Part shown: positions 1-8,266 of the stretch, one piece after another
Layout of the letters: each line of letters starts with the position of its first letter
Numbering within the stretch: position 1 is the first letter of the stretch
NCBI GenBank assembly: GCA_028278305.1
Contig: JANQEP010000089.1
Span: forward strand, 1 to 52,178
DNA length: 52,178 nucleotides
From: Candidatus Gastranaerophilales bacterium
GTDB lineage: Bacteria; Cyanobacteriota; Vampirovibrionia; Gastranaerophilales; UBA9971
Direction of reading: 5' to 3'
Notes under the pieces: generated by a model
Seen by the model: the letters and a program-made list of their open reading frames with translations, nothing else
The model's database searches: none
What the model was told of the DNA's origin: nothing
Translations under genes and position numbers: made by a program

Positions 1-240
1 GATGCCTTGAAACAAGCCGGAATAGGTCGCTTCAGGGCTATATTCTTAACTACGGTAACAACTTCTGCCGGGTTAATGCCTTTGATGATGGAAAAATCAG
101 AACAAGCACAATATTTAATTCCTGCAGCTGTTTCAATTGCTTATGGCGTTATATTTTCAACAATAATTACTTTACTGTTAATCCCGCTTTTGATTAAAAT
201 ATCAGAAAGTATAAAAATGACCTTAAGGGGTAAAGAATAA
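1..240 (+). CDS. C-terminal fragment of an RND (AcrB-type) efflux transporter; the 5' part lies outside the window
   Basis: Frame 1 is open from base 1. The tail [55 protein letters not shown] looks like the last TM helices of RND pumps. The TAA stop at 238-240 lies inside dispersed repeat R1. Confidence 0.7.
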   Translation, partial: DALKQAGIGRFRAIFLTTVTTSAGLMPLMMEKSEQAQYLIPAAVSIAYGVIFSTIITLLLIPLLIKISESIKMTLRGKE

Positions 241-257
241 AAACTTACGCATTTTAA
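225..257 (+). repeat. R1 dispersed palindromic repeat, truncated copy
   Basis: AAGGGGTAAAGAATAAAAACTTACGCATTTTAA. It supplies the last codons (GKE) and the TAA stop of the RND gene. Confidence 0.8.
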
Positions 258-322
258 CCCTTACACGTCATTTCGAACTTATTTCAAAATCTTATCAAAA
301 AACACCCGGATGCAAAATATGT

Positions 323-1408
323 TTATCTGTATCTTTTTTGGGTTTTTGGATCAAATAAAATAATTTTTGAGGTATCTATTGATAATTTTGTTTGCTCAGA
401 TGTATTTACTTCTGTTTCTACGGGGGTTTTAGCGGTAATTTTTTTGTTATCCACAGTAAAATGTACCAGCTTCTCGCTTCCAAGGGTCTCAACAAGCTCA
501 GGTATGATTTCTAAAGTGTTTTTATCGTCCCGGTTAACTAAAAAATGCTCAGGTCTTATACCCAGAATCACTTTTTTACCTGAAAGCGAATTATTTTCTA
601 TTAAATCCTGAATATTTCCGTCAAGATCAATTATAATGCTGTCAAATTTTATTTTTTTATCTTCTGTAACATCAGCATCCAGGAAATTCATGGATGGTGA
701 ACCGATAAATCCTGCAACAAAGACATTCTCAGGATAAAGATAAACCTCTTCAGGAGAGCCCACTTGCTGGATCACTCCTTTATCAAGAATTACAATCCTG
801 TCTCCCATGGTCATAGCTTCAATCTGGTCATGTGTTACATATATAAAGGTTGTTTTCAGCTTCTTATGAAGTTTTTTAATCTCAAACCTGGTCTGCACCC
901 TGAGTTTAGCATCAAGGTTAGATAGGGGCTCATCCATTAAGAATACTTTTGGCTCTCTTACAATGGCTCTTCCCAGTGCAACCCGTTGTCTTTGTCCGCC
1001 TGATAGCTGTTTTGGCTTTCTGTCAAGATATTCGTGAAGGTCAAGAATACCTGCCGCCTCCTTAACCCGTGAATCAATGAAGTCTTTTTTAAATTTACGC
1101 ATCTTAAGACCAAAAGCCATATTGTCATATACTGTCATATGCGGGTACAGCGCATAATTCTGGAATACCATCGCAATATCCCGGTCTTTAGGATGGATAT
1201 TGTTTACTTTTCTGTCGTCTATAAGAATTTCCCCGTCAGTTATATCCTCAAGCCCGGCTATCATTCTTAAAATCGTGGATTTCCCGCAGCCTGAAGGACC
1301 GACAAGCACTAAAAATTCCCCTTCCATAACATCGAGGTTAATATCCTCTATTACGCGTGTTTTTTTGTCAAAAATTTTATGAATATTTTTTAATTTCAGC
1401 TCAGCCAT
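323..1408 (-). CDS. ABC transporter ATP-binding protein, MalK/UgpC/MsmX-like (sugar-type, with C-terminal regulatory domain)
   Basis: Walker [10 protein letters not shown], signature LSGGQRQR, Walker B FLMDEPLS. Start moved from 1468 to ATG 1408 ([13 protein letters not shown]), where this family normally begins. Confidence 0.85.
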   Translation of the reverse strand: MAELKLKNIHKIFDKKTRVIEDINLDVMEGEFLVLVGPSGCGKSTILRMIAGLEDITDGEILIDDRKVNNIHPKDRDIAMVFQNYALYPHMTVYDNMAFGLKMRKFKKDFIDSRVKEAAGILDLHEYLDRKPKQLSGGQRQRVALGRAIVREPKVFLMDEPLSNLDAKLRVQTRFEIKKLHKKLKTTFIYVTHDQIEAMTMGDRIVILDKGVIQQVGSPEEVYLYPENVFVAGFIGSPSMNFLDADVTEDKKIKFDSIIIDLDGNIQDLIENNSLSGKKVILGIRPEHFLVNRDDKNTLEIIPELVETLGSEKLVHFTVDNKKITAKTPVETEVNTSEQTKLSIDTSKIILFDPKTQKRYR

Positions 1409-1472
1409 TTTTTTTATACAAAATATCAAGTTAATTATACCCAGATTAATTTTATCACGTATCAGCATAACT

Positions 1473-1526
1473 AAGGGGTAAAGAATAAAAACTTACGCAC
1501 TTTAAAATTTTTTATTACTTCCTTAA
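1473..1526 (+). repeat. R1 dispersed palindromic repeat, full copy
   Basis: AAGGGGTAAAGAATAAAAACTTACGCACTTTAAAATTTTTTATTACTTCCTTAA. The arms AAGG..GTAA..ATAAAAA and TTTTTAT..TTAC..CCTT are imperfectly complementary. Confidence 0.85.
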
Positions 1527-1622
1527 CCCACAAAAATTATACAGCCTCTTTGCCAATTGATGAGTATAGAGGTCATGTTAAAATTTTGTTATTGCGAAAC
1601 CGGATAAAAGGAAAATAAAATT

Positions 1623-2468
1623 TTGGATATAACACAGGCGCTAATAACAGGAGTAGTTCAGGGCTTAACCGAATTTTTGCCGATAAGCAGCTCAGGGCAT
1701 CTTGTTTTAACTTCATCAATTTATAAATTTCTTACAGGTCAACCCTTATCAGCAGGTAGAAGCGAGGAAATTTTCTTTGATATAATGCTGCATGTAGGCA
1801 CGCTTCTTGCGGTTTTAATTTATTTTCGCCGGGATATAGTCAAACTCTCCAGAATTTTTTATTCCGCATGGCGTGATGGTAGCCTGAAGACCGATTCCGA
1901 AGCTAAAATTCCGCTTTATATAGCCATAGGGACAATGGCAACAATTGCCATAGCACTACCTTTAAAAAGCCAATTTGAATCCCTTGTCCATAACCCCGCC
2001 GTGGTGGGGATAATCCTTGTCTTCACCGGTGTACTGCTTTTTTCCACAGAGTTTATTTCCCGAAGACTAACTAAGCGGGACACACTTATAGGCTGGAAAC
2101 GTGCCGTAATTATAGGACTTGCCCAGGGACTGGCGGTAGCGCCAGGATTATCAAGATCAGGCGCAACTATAGCGGCAGGACTTGCCTCAGGACTCGACAG
2201 GGTCACCTGTGCCAGGTATTCTTTTCTTCTCAGTATCCCGATAATTCTTATGGCGGCAATCTTTCATTCTTTTGAATTATCCATGATCGGTGGTTTTGCA
2301 GGATTTAACTGGACGGCAATCATTGCCGGAACACTTGTGTCCGCACTGGTCGGGTATTATTGCATTAAGTACTTCATAATTTTTATAAGCAAGAATAAAT
2401 TAAATATTTTTGCGGTTTATTGCTGCGTTGTAGGGCTTTCAATGGCGGTTTTCTTCAGCCTGAACTGA
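1623..2468 (+). CDS. uppP: undecaprenyl-diphosphate phosphatase
   Basis: Motifs EFLPISSSGH and PGLSRSGATI typical of the BacA/UppP family. Polytopic membrane protein, 281 aa, TTG start. Confidence 0.9.
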   Translation: MDITQALITGVVQGLTEFLPISSSGHLVLTSSIYKFLTGQPLSAGRSEEIFFDIMLHVGTLLAVLIYFRRDIVKLSRIFYSAWRDGSLKTDSEAKIPLYIAIGTMATIAIALPLKSQFESLVHNPAVVGIILVFTGVLLFSTEFISRRLTKRDTLIGWKRAVIIGLAQGLAVAPGLSRSGATIAAGLASGLDRVTCARYSFLLSIPIILMAAIFHSFELSMIGGFAGFNWTAIIAGTLVSALVGYYCIKYFIIFISKNKLNIFAVYCCVVGLSMAVFFSLN

Positions 2469-3495
2469 AAGTATTTAAGATATACCCCAGCGCAAGTATC
2501 TGCGGAACCGTGATAAGCGGCAGGAAAAGAGCAGTTTTCCATGAACCTGTGGTTTCTTTCAGGGTCATAATTTCTGTATAATCAGTTGACGCTCCAGCCA
2601 TCAGAAAGAGAAAAGCATTTCCCGGCGCTGCTGCCCTGGAAAATAAGTCATAAGCTATAGGCAGGCTGCCTTCAGAACAGACTTCTATAATTGTCGCAGC
2701 TACAAGCGTTAATATCAGTCCTAAAAACGTCGGTCCAAAAAAAGCCGTAAATATATCAGTGGAAACAAACGTTCTTATCAACCCTGCTGCCACCACCCCT
2801 AAAAATACCCATCTGAGTATCATTTCGCTTTCTTTAAAAGTGTTTATAAAAAGTGAAAAAGAAAAAATTTCACTTAATTTCTTGTCACCATATTCATTTT
2901 TCAGGCTTTTTTTCATGGAAAAATCCTCAGGAATCTCAACCTGTATAGGATTATCTTTTAAAATCCCCCTGGAAACAAGCACTTCTGTTATTAAGCCGGA
3001 AATAACAGCTATAATAAAGGATAGAAAGATATAAATTAATGCCCACTTCAAGCCAATCAAAGCTATAAGAATGATTGTAAGTGAAAGGGAATTCCATGGG
3101 CTTGCTATAAGAAAAGCCACGACCTGTGAAAGCCTGACTCCTCTTTCATAGAGTTTCATAGCGACAAGTAAAATTCCATGAGAACATAAATCCAGTACAA
3201 TCCCTGCAATTGCTGCCCTGAAAATGCTCTGCCAGCTTTTATTTTTCCCCATCAGGTTTACAACGATTTCCCTTGGAATCAGCGCTATAACTCCGACGAG
3301 CAGGACGCCTACCACAATTCCCCACCACATTTTACCGAGGATTTCATGCACATTAAGGCTGAATTCCTCAAGAGCCGGGATTGCTGAAAGAAACGGAGGA
3401 TGGAGCGCATACAGGATATACCCTGCCACTGAAATTATAAAAGTTGACCAGAACAGATAATCAAATTTTCTTTTACTATTGCAGCATTGGCTCAT
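2455..3495 (-). CDS. polytopic membrane permease (DUF318/COG0701-like predicted permease)
   Basis: Many hydrophobic helices and an N-terminal MSQCCNSK Cys pair. ATG 3495 is preceded by GAGG 6 nt upstream and is preferred over GTG 3519. The 3' end overlaps uppP convergently by 14 bp. Confidence 0.5.
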   Translation of the reverse strand: MSQCCNSKRKFDYLFWSTFIISVAGYILYALHPPFLSAIPALEEFSLNVHEILGKMWWGIVVGVLLVGVIALIPREIVVNLMGKNKSWQSIFRAAIAGIVLDLCSHGILLVAMKLYERGVRLSQVVAFLIASPWNSLSLTIILIALIGLKWALIYIFLSFIIAVISGLITEVLVSRGILKDNPIQVEIPEDFSMKKSLKNEYGDKKLSEIFSFSLFINTFKESEMILRWVFLGVVAAGLIRTFVSTDIFTAFFGPTFLGLILTLVAATIIEVCSEGSLPIAYDLFSRAAAPGNAFLFLMAGASTDYTEIMTLKETTGSWKTALFLPLITVPQILALGYILNTFSSG

Positions 3496-3520
3496 AAAGA
3501 CCTCAACATATTTAACCACC

Positions 3521-3568
3521 AGGGAATTTTATAGAATGCGCAGAAATTTTTCTTGCTTACTTTTATTT
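3521..3568 (-). repeat. R1-related repeat, degenerate (TGCGCAG variant)
   Basis: TTTTATAGAATGCGCAGAAATTTTTCTTGCTTAC resembles the reverse complement of R1 and the variant at 19557-19614. Confidence 0.45.
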
Positions 3569-3720
3569 TAATATAATTTCAGGTATTTTAATTAATATAA
3601 GCTCAAATTAACACCTATTAAAAATTTCGTTATCTTACCAAAATTTTTTCAGAATGCCCGCCCTGCTCAGAGGAATGAAAAGAGGAAGCTTTTTCTAATC
3701 CATATACATTTTGAAAAAAT

Positions 3721-3745
3721 TTATTAAGCAGCAACTTGAGTAAAT
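3721..3745 (+). repeat. R2 repeat half-site (GCAACTTGAGT core)
   Basis: TTATTAAGCAGCAACTTGAGTAAAT. An inverted partner lies at 4386-4415 on the other side of gene 3771..4376. Confidence 0.6.
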
Positions 3746-3770
3746 ATAAAGAATATTGGTTTAATTTACA

Positions 3771-4376
3771 ATGATTATAATGGCTAAAATTTTTAAGTAT
3801 TTTATTTTTACAGCATTAATTTCAATCTTAGCCATATCCATATCTTATGCAAAGACTCTAAAAGGAAAGGTGGAACTTGACTGGCCCCTTTTAAGCCAGC
3901 AGGAGCGCACAAAGACAATTAATCATTATAAAGACTTATTGTTTAAGGATATACAGCGCAAAATTGACATGAAGCAATTTGAGGGGGGCAAAAAAGACCC
4001 CAATGTCCGAATAAACAGGACTGCCCTTAAAAAAGGCTTAAGAAACCTCGGGGAAAGAGAACTTGCAGGTTTTTATTTTTTGGGGAAAATCCTTGTAATT
4101 TACGGAGTTAAGTATTTTGAGGATAAATATCATATTTATTATTATGACGCGATGGGACGCCTGAAATATGTTGATATACTTGATAAGCCGCACGATGAAT
4201 ATCCTCATGTATCCTATAAATATGATAATAACGGAAAATTTAAGGAAGTCAGCTATTATATTTCAGAATATGACCAGTATGTATTTGATAAAGATGGTGA
4301 TTTCAAGGGGCGCTGGTATTTTGAAAAGCTCTATGATAAGAAGGCAAAAGTTATAATGAGCAGAAAACTTCCGTAG
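3771..4376 (+). CDS. secreted hypothetical protein with YD-repeat-like motifs
   Basis: N-terminal signal peptide KIFKYFIFTALISILAISISYA. Three motifs of the YxYDxxGxxK type (YYYDAMGRLKYV, YKYDNNGKFKEV, YVFDKDGDFKGR). Confidence 0.5.
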   Translation: MIIMAKIFKYFIFTALISILAISISYAKTLKGKVELDWPLLSQQERTKTINHYKDLLFKDIQRKIDMKQFEGGKKDPNVRINRTALKKGLRNLGERELAGFYFLGKILVIYGVKYFEDKYHIYYYDAMGRLKYVDILDKPHDEYPHVSYKYDNNGKFKEVSYYISEYDQYVFDKDGDFKGRWYFEKLYDKKAKVIMSRKLP

Positions 4377-4392
4377 GAGTACACACTTATTA

Positions 4393-4440
4393 AAACTCAA
4401 GTTGCTACTTATAAATTTTTATAGGTGGCAACTTGAGTTT
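4393..4440. repeat. R2 palindrome (two inverted half-sites; possible terminator hairpin)
   Basis: AAACTCAAGTTGCTACTTATAAA-TT-TTTATAGGTGGCAACTTGAGTTT. The arms are 23 nt with 2 mismatches. Confidence 0.7.
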
Positions 4441-4488
4441 ATTAAAATTTAAATTTTACTTTATTTTTGGTATATTTTAATTAACTTG

Positions 4489-4556
4489 AGTCGCCAATTA
4501 GCCAAAAGCCGGAATATGACTATGCAACCAGAGATTCAGACTAATTACCTCTATTT
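4489..4556 (+). repeat. short R3-related repeat
   Basis: TTAACTTGAGTCGCCAATTAGCCAAAAGCCGGAATATGACT resembles the R3 left end. It ends AACCAGAGATTCAGACTAATTA, which resembles the plus-strand left end of copy B. Confidence 0.5.
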
Positions 4557-4585
4557 CAGTAAAAGTAATTATAAAGGAGATAAAA

Positions 4586-5773
4586 ATGAAGCCATCAAAG
4601 AAACTTGACAGAATTCCCCCCTATCTTTTTGTGGAAATAGATAAAAAAATAGACGAGGCAAAAGCAAAAGGGATTGATGTAATAAGTCTTGGAGTGGGTG
4701 ATCCTGATACACCTACTTTCCCTAATATAGTAAAATCAATGCATGAAGCTATTGATGATGCTTGCACCCATAATTACCCGCCTTACCAGGGGACTAAGGA
4801 ATTCAGACAGGCTTGCGCTGACTGGATGAAGAAAAGGTTTAGCGTTAATATGGACTCTGATACTGAAATTCTGGCTCTCATAGGGTCAAAAGAAGGTATA
4901 GCCCATGTATTTATGGGTTTTATAGATGAAGGCGACTACACGCTGGTACCTGATCCTGCTTATCCGGTCTACAGAAACGCAACATTCCTCAGCGGCGGAA
5001 TTCCTTATTACATGCCTATAGGTCCGGAAAATCATTATCTTCCTGACCTTGAAAAAATTCCTGAAGATATTGCGAAAAAATCAAAAATTATGTTTTTAAA
5101 TTATCCCAATAACCCTACAGGAGCTGTTGCAACCCTGGATTACTTTAAAAAAGCGCTTGATTTTGCAAGAAAATATGATATTTTAATCTGTCATGACCAG
5201 GCATACTGCGAAATGACTTATGACGGTTATGTTGCGCCGAGTTTCCTGCAGATAGAAGGCGCAAAAGATTACTGTATAGAATTTTTCTCTCACAGCAAGA
5301 CCTATAATATGACAGGATGGAGAATTGCCTGGGCTGCAGGCGGGAAAGTCCCTATGAACGCCCTTAAAGTTATAAAAAATAACATAGACAGCGGCGCTTT
5401 CAAAGCAATCCAGAAAGCCGGGATCACTGCCCTTGAAACCCCTCAGCAAGAAATCAATAAATTAAATGATATGTATAAAAAACGCCGCGACATAGTGACT
5501 CGGGGCTTAAGAGAAATGGGCTGGGAACTTGAAGACCCTAAAGCAACTTTCTACCTCTGGCTGCCTGTGCCAAAAGGAATGACTTCCGGGGATTTTGCGC
5601 AGATTATGCTGGAAAAAGCAGCAGTAGTGGTTCCTCCAGGAACAGGTTACGGTCCTATGGGTGAAGGTTTCTTTAGAATCGCCCTTACAGTAAGCGAAGA
5701 ACATCTTGAAGAAGTCTTAGAAAGAATGAAAAAAGCCGGTATAAGCTTTGATATGTCAAAAGAAGCAGTTTAA
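4586..5773 (+). CDS. dapL: class I PLP aminotransferase, LL-diaminopimelate aminotransferase-like
   Basis: NYPNNPTG and the SHSKTYNMTGWR PLP-lysine motif. The N-terminus KLDRIPPYLFVEIDKK is typical of the short DapL-type family. AGGAG is present upstream of the ATG. The substrate assignment is inferred. Confidence 0.7.
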   Translation: MKPSKKLDRIPPYLFVEIDKKIDEAKAKGIDVISLGVGDPDTPTFPNIVKSMHEAIDDACTHNYPPYQGTKEFRQACADWMKKRFSVNMDSDTEILALIGSKEGIAHVFMGFIDEGDYTLVPDPAYPVYRNATFLSGGIPYYMPIGPENHYLPDLEKIPEDIAKKSKIMFLNYPNNPTGAVATLDYFKKALDFARKYDILICHDQAYCEMTYDGYVAPSFLQIEGAKDYCIEFFSHSKTYNMTGWRIAWAAGGKVPMNALKVIKNNIDSGAFKAIQKAGITALETPQQEINKLNDMYKKRRDIVTRGLREMGWELEDPKATFYLWLPVPKGMTSGDFAQIMLEKAAVVVPPGTGYGPMGEGFFRIALTVSEEHLEEVLERMKKAGISFDMSKEAV

Positions 5774-5826
5774 GTAGTAAAGTATAAAAACTTACGCATT
5801 TTAAAATTTTTTATTACTTCCTTAAA
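5774..5826 (+). repeat. R1 dispersed palindromic repeat, full copy
   Basis: GTAGTAAAGTATAAAAACTTACGCATTTTAAAATTTTTTATTACTTCCTTAA. It begins directly after the stop of the dapL-like gene. Confidence 0.85.
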
Positions 5827-5903
5827 CTTCCTGTAATGCCTTGTCATATTAATGAAAAATATTATAAAATTATAATACAGAATCTGAAAATAAAGGGTTA
5901 GCC

Positions 5904-7796
5904 GTGAATGATTTTGAAAGGTTTGTTGCCGGGGGCGATGAGCTTAAGCAGAAAAAAGATTATAAAAATGCCATAGAATATTATAAAAATGCTCTTGCAG
6001 TAAATCCGAACAATCATGAAGAGTTGGAAAAGCTTGCTGATTGTTATTTTTGCTTGAGTGAACTTGATAAGGCAATAATCTTTTTCCAGGGCGCACTTAA
6101 ATTTAAACCTGATTACCTTCTGGCGCTTGTCGGACTTTCTAAGACTTATGAGCTTAATAAAAAACTGCCTCAGGCTATTGAATACATGGAAAAAGCATAT
6201 GATGTAAGTAAAAAAGATGCCGATATAGCATATAGCCTTATTCTGCTTTACATGGCGAATAATGAACTTCAAAAAGCACAGGATTTAACAGAATATGCTA
6301 TTCGTGATAACCCGAGTTTTGTCAATGGATACTATCTTCTAGGACTAGTTTTTGAAAAAACAGACAATATAGATGGAGCTATACAGAATTATAAAAAATC
6401 AATCGAGCTGAATCAGAATAACTTTGAGTCTCACCTGGCTCTTGGTGTTCTTTATTTCTCAAATAAAGACTATAAAAATGCCGAAAAAGAGCTTAACATA
6501 GCTTTGGAATTAAATTTTGACAGCGTAAAGGCACATTATTATACAGGCTTGCTCTATATTGAAAAAGAAAACTATGAAAAAGCAATACCTGAGTTTAAAT
6601 ATGTAATAACCTTTGAACCTAAAAATGGTAGTGCATATAGTAATTTAGGACTGGCATACGGAAGTTTGGGGTGGACTGATGAGGCTCTTAATGAATTTAA
6701 ATCAGCCGCAGAAATTAATACTAATGATCCTGAGATTAGATATGCCCTGGGCTACATATATTACAAAAATGAAGATTATGAATCCGCTGAAAAAGAGCTT
6801 AAAAAAGCTATTGCAATTGATGTTTCCAATGCTCAGGCTCATTCAACCCTTGGCTCACTTTACGCAAAACAAGAAAAATTTAATCTGGCAGTCAATCACT
6901 TCAATGAATCTCTTAAACAAAAGCCCGAAGACGCCATAACCACTTATAATCTTGCATCTACATATGAGACTATGATGCTTACAGATAAAGCTATTGAAAC
7001 TTATGAAAAAGCTATAGCCCTTGATTCAGGATTAATTGACGCTTCTTATACGGTTGGCATGCTGCTTTTGGAAAAAGATGAACTTAAAAAAGCCAAAGAT
7101 TATTTTGAACTTGCCTTAAAAAACAGTGAAAAATTCGGTGAAGCCTATTATGGAATGGGTTTATATTATATAAAACTTCAAAAAATCCGTCAGGCAATTG
7201 ACTATTTTGATAAAGCAACTTCATATAACAAGAATCTGCCGGATGCTTACTATCAAAAAGGGCTGATTTACAGAGAGATGGGGAACCTGGAGAAAGCCAT
7301 ACATAGTATTAAGCAAGCAACTGTGCTGGATCAGGATAATGCATTTTTCCTGAATGAGCTGGGCTTGACTTACCAGGCTAAAGGCGATCTTGACGGGGCT
7401 GTTTTTTATTACAGAAAAGCAGGGGCGCTGGATATTTACAATTCTGAATATAAACATAATTTAGGACTCGCTCTGTTCGAAATGAAAAGGTATCAAGAAG
7501 CTATTATTGAATTAAGAAGGGTGCTTCGCTTTAATCCGGATGATCCTGAAATTCATTTTAACCTGGCTCAAATTTTTGAAATAACAAGAAATTACCTTGA
7601 AGCTCTAAAGTCCTACCGGGAATTTCTGAGAATAAAAGGATCAGATTACAAAAACAAAGAACAGATAGAAGAGAAAATTAAATATCTTTCTAATATGCTT
7701 GAAATAAAAAAAGCCAAAATGAAAGGCGATGAAAGTGAAGAGGACTCAGAGTCCAATAAAAACTTTATTAACAATATAAGAAAGATGTTTAAGTAA
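5904..7796 (+). CDS. TPR repeat protein (630 aa)
   Basis: Continuous 34-aa TPR periodicity (A..Y.kAl.l.P....a...LG..Y) and an acidic/basic C-terminal tail. GTG start. Confidence 0.8.
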   Translation: MNDFERFVAGGDELKQKKDYKNAIEYYKNALAVNPNNHEELEKLADCYFCLSELDKAIIFFQGALKFKPDYLLALVGLSKTYELNKKLPQAIEYMEKAYDVSKKDADIAYSLILLYMANNELQKAQDLTEYAIRDNPSFVNGYYLLGLVFEKTDNIDGAIQNYKKSIELNQNNFESHLALGVLYFSNKDYKNAEKELNIALELNFDSVKAHYYTGLLYIEKENYEKAIPEFKYVITFEPKNGSAYSNLGLAYGSLGWTDEALNEFKSAAEINTNDPEIRYALGYIYYKNEDYESAEKELKKAIAIDVSNAQAHSTLGSLYAKQEKFNLAVNHFNESLKQKPEDAITTYNLASTYETMMLTDKAIETYEKAIALDSGLIDASYTVGMLLLEKDELKKAKDYFELALKNSEKFGEAYYGMGLYYIKLQKIRQAIDYFDKATSYNKNLPDAYYQKGLIYREMGNLEKAIHSIKQATVLDQDNAFFLNELGLTYQAKGDLDGAVFYYRKAGALDIYNSEYKHNLGLALFEMKRYQEAIIELRRVLRFNPDDPEIHFNLAQIFEITRNYLEALKSYREFLRIKGSDYKNKEQIEEKIKYLSNMLEIKKAKMKGDESEEDSESNKNFINNIRKMFK

Positions 7797-7916
7797 TCTG
7801 AATCTCTAATTAGCTGAAAGCCAGGATATGACTGAATTAAAATTTTTCAAAATTTATAAAAATGAGGCGATGCTCCCGCTTACGCAAGCAAAACCGGATC
7901 TTCAGCTTTATTGTAT
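7797..7916 (+). repeat. R3 MITE-like repeat, copy A (left part homologous to copies B and C; right end unclear)
   Basis: GAATCTCTAATTAGCTGAAAGCCAGGATATGACTGAATTAAAATTTTTCAAAATTTATAAAAATGAGGCGATGCTCCCGCTTACGCAAGCAAAACCGGATCTTCAGCTT aligns with the reverse complement of 44170-44282. Confidence 0.7.
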
Positions 7917-8266
7917 AGGTTTGCTGAGACCGGACTGAACAAGCCTAAGGAGTTGACATGAAGGCTTCTTTTAAACTTTTTAGATCACTGCACAATTTCT
8001 CAGGTGTTTTTAGAGTCCATTAAAAATTTTATCTAAATAATATACATTTAAAATATAAATTATATTTTTAGTTTATTGTACATTAAAATTTTAAGAAATG
8101 TATACAAATATTTTAAACTTGAAGTTTGTTTAAAAAGCTTAACCTACCTGGATAATAGAAGATATGATAATTTAATTGTTTACTAAAAAAGCTTACTTTT
8201 ATAGAATATATAAGTCTTATCTTTATTTGCTCAAAATTACTAAATAATTATTTTTTGGAGAATTTA

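Noticed and set aside
7958-8023. 21-aa ORF (MKASFKLFRSLHNFSGVFRVH) with AAGGAG 5 nt upstream, at the edge of R3 copy A
   Set aside because: It is very short, lies in non-conserved flanking sequence, has no second copy in the window, and such signals arise easily in AT-rich DNA. It is kept only as a note.
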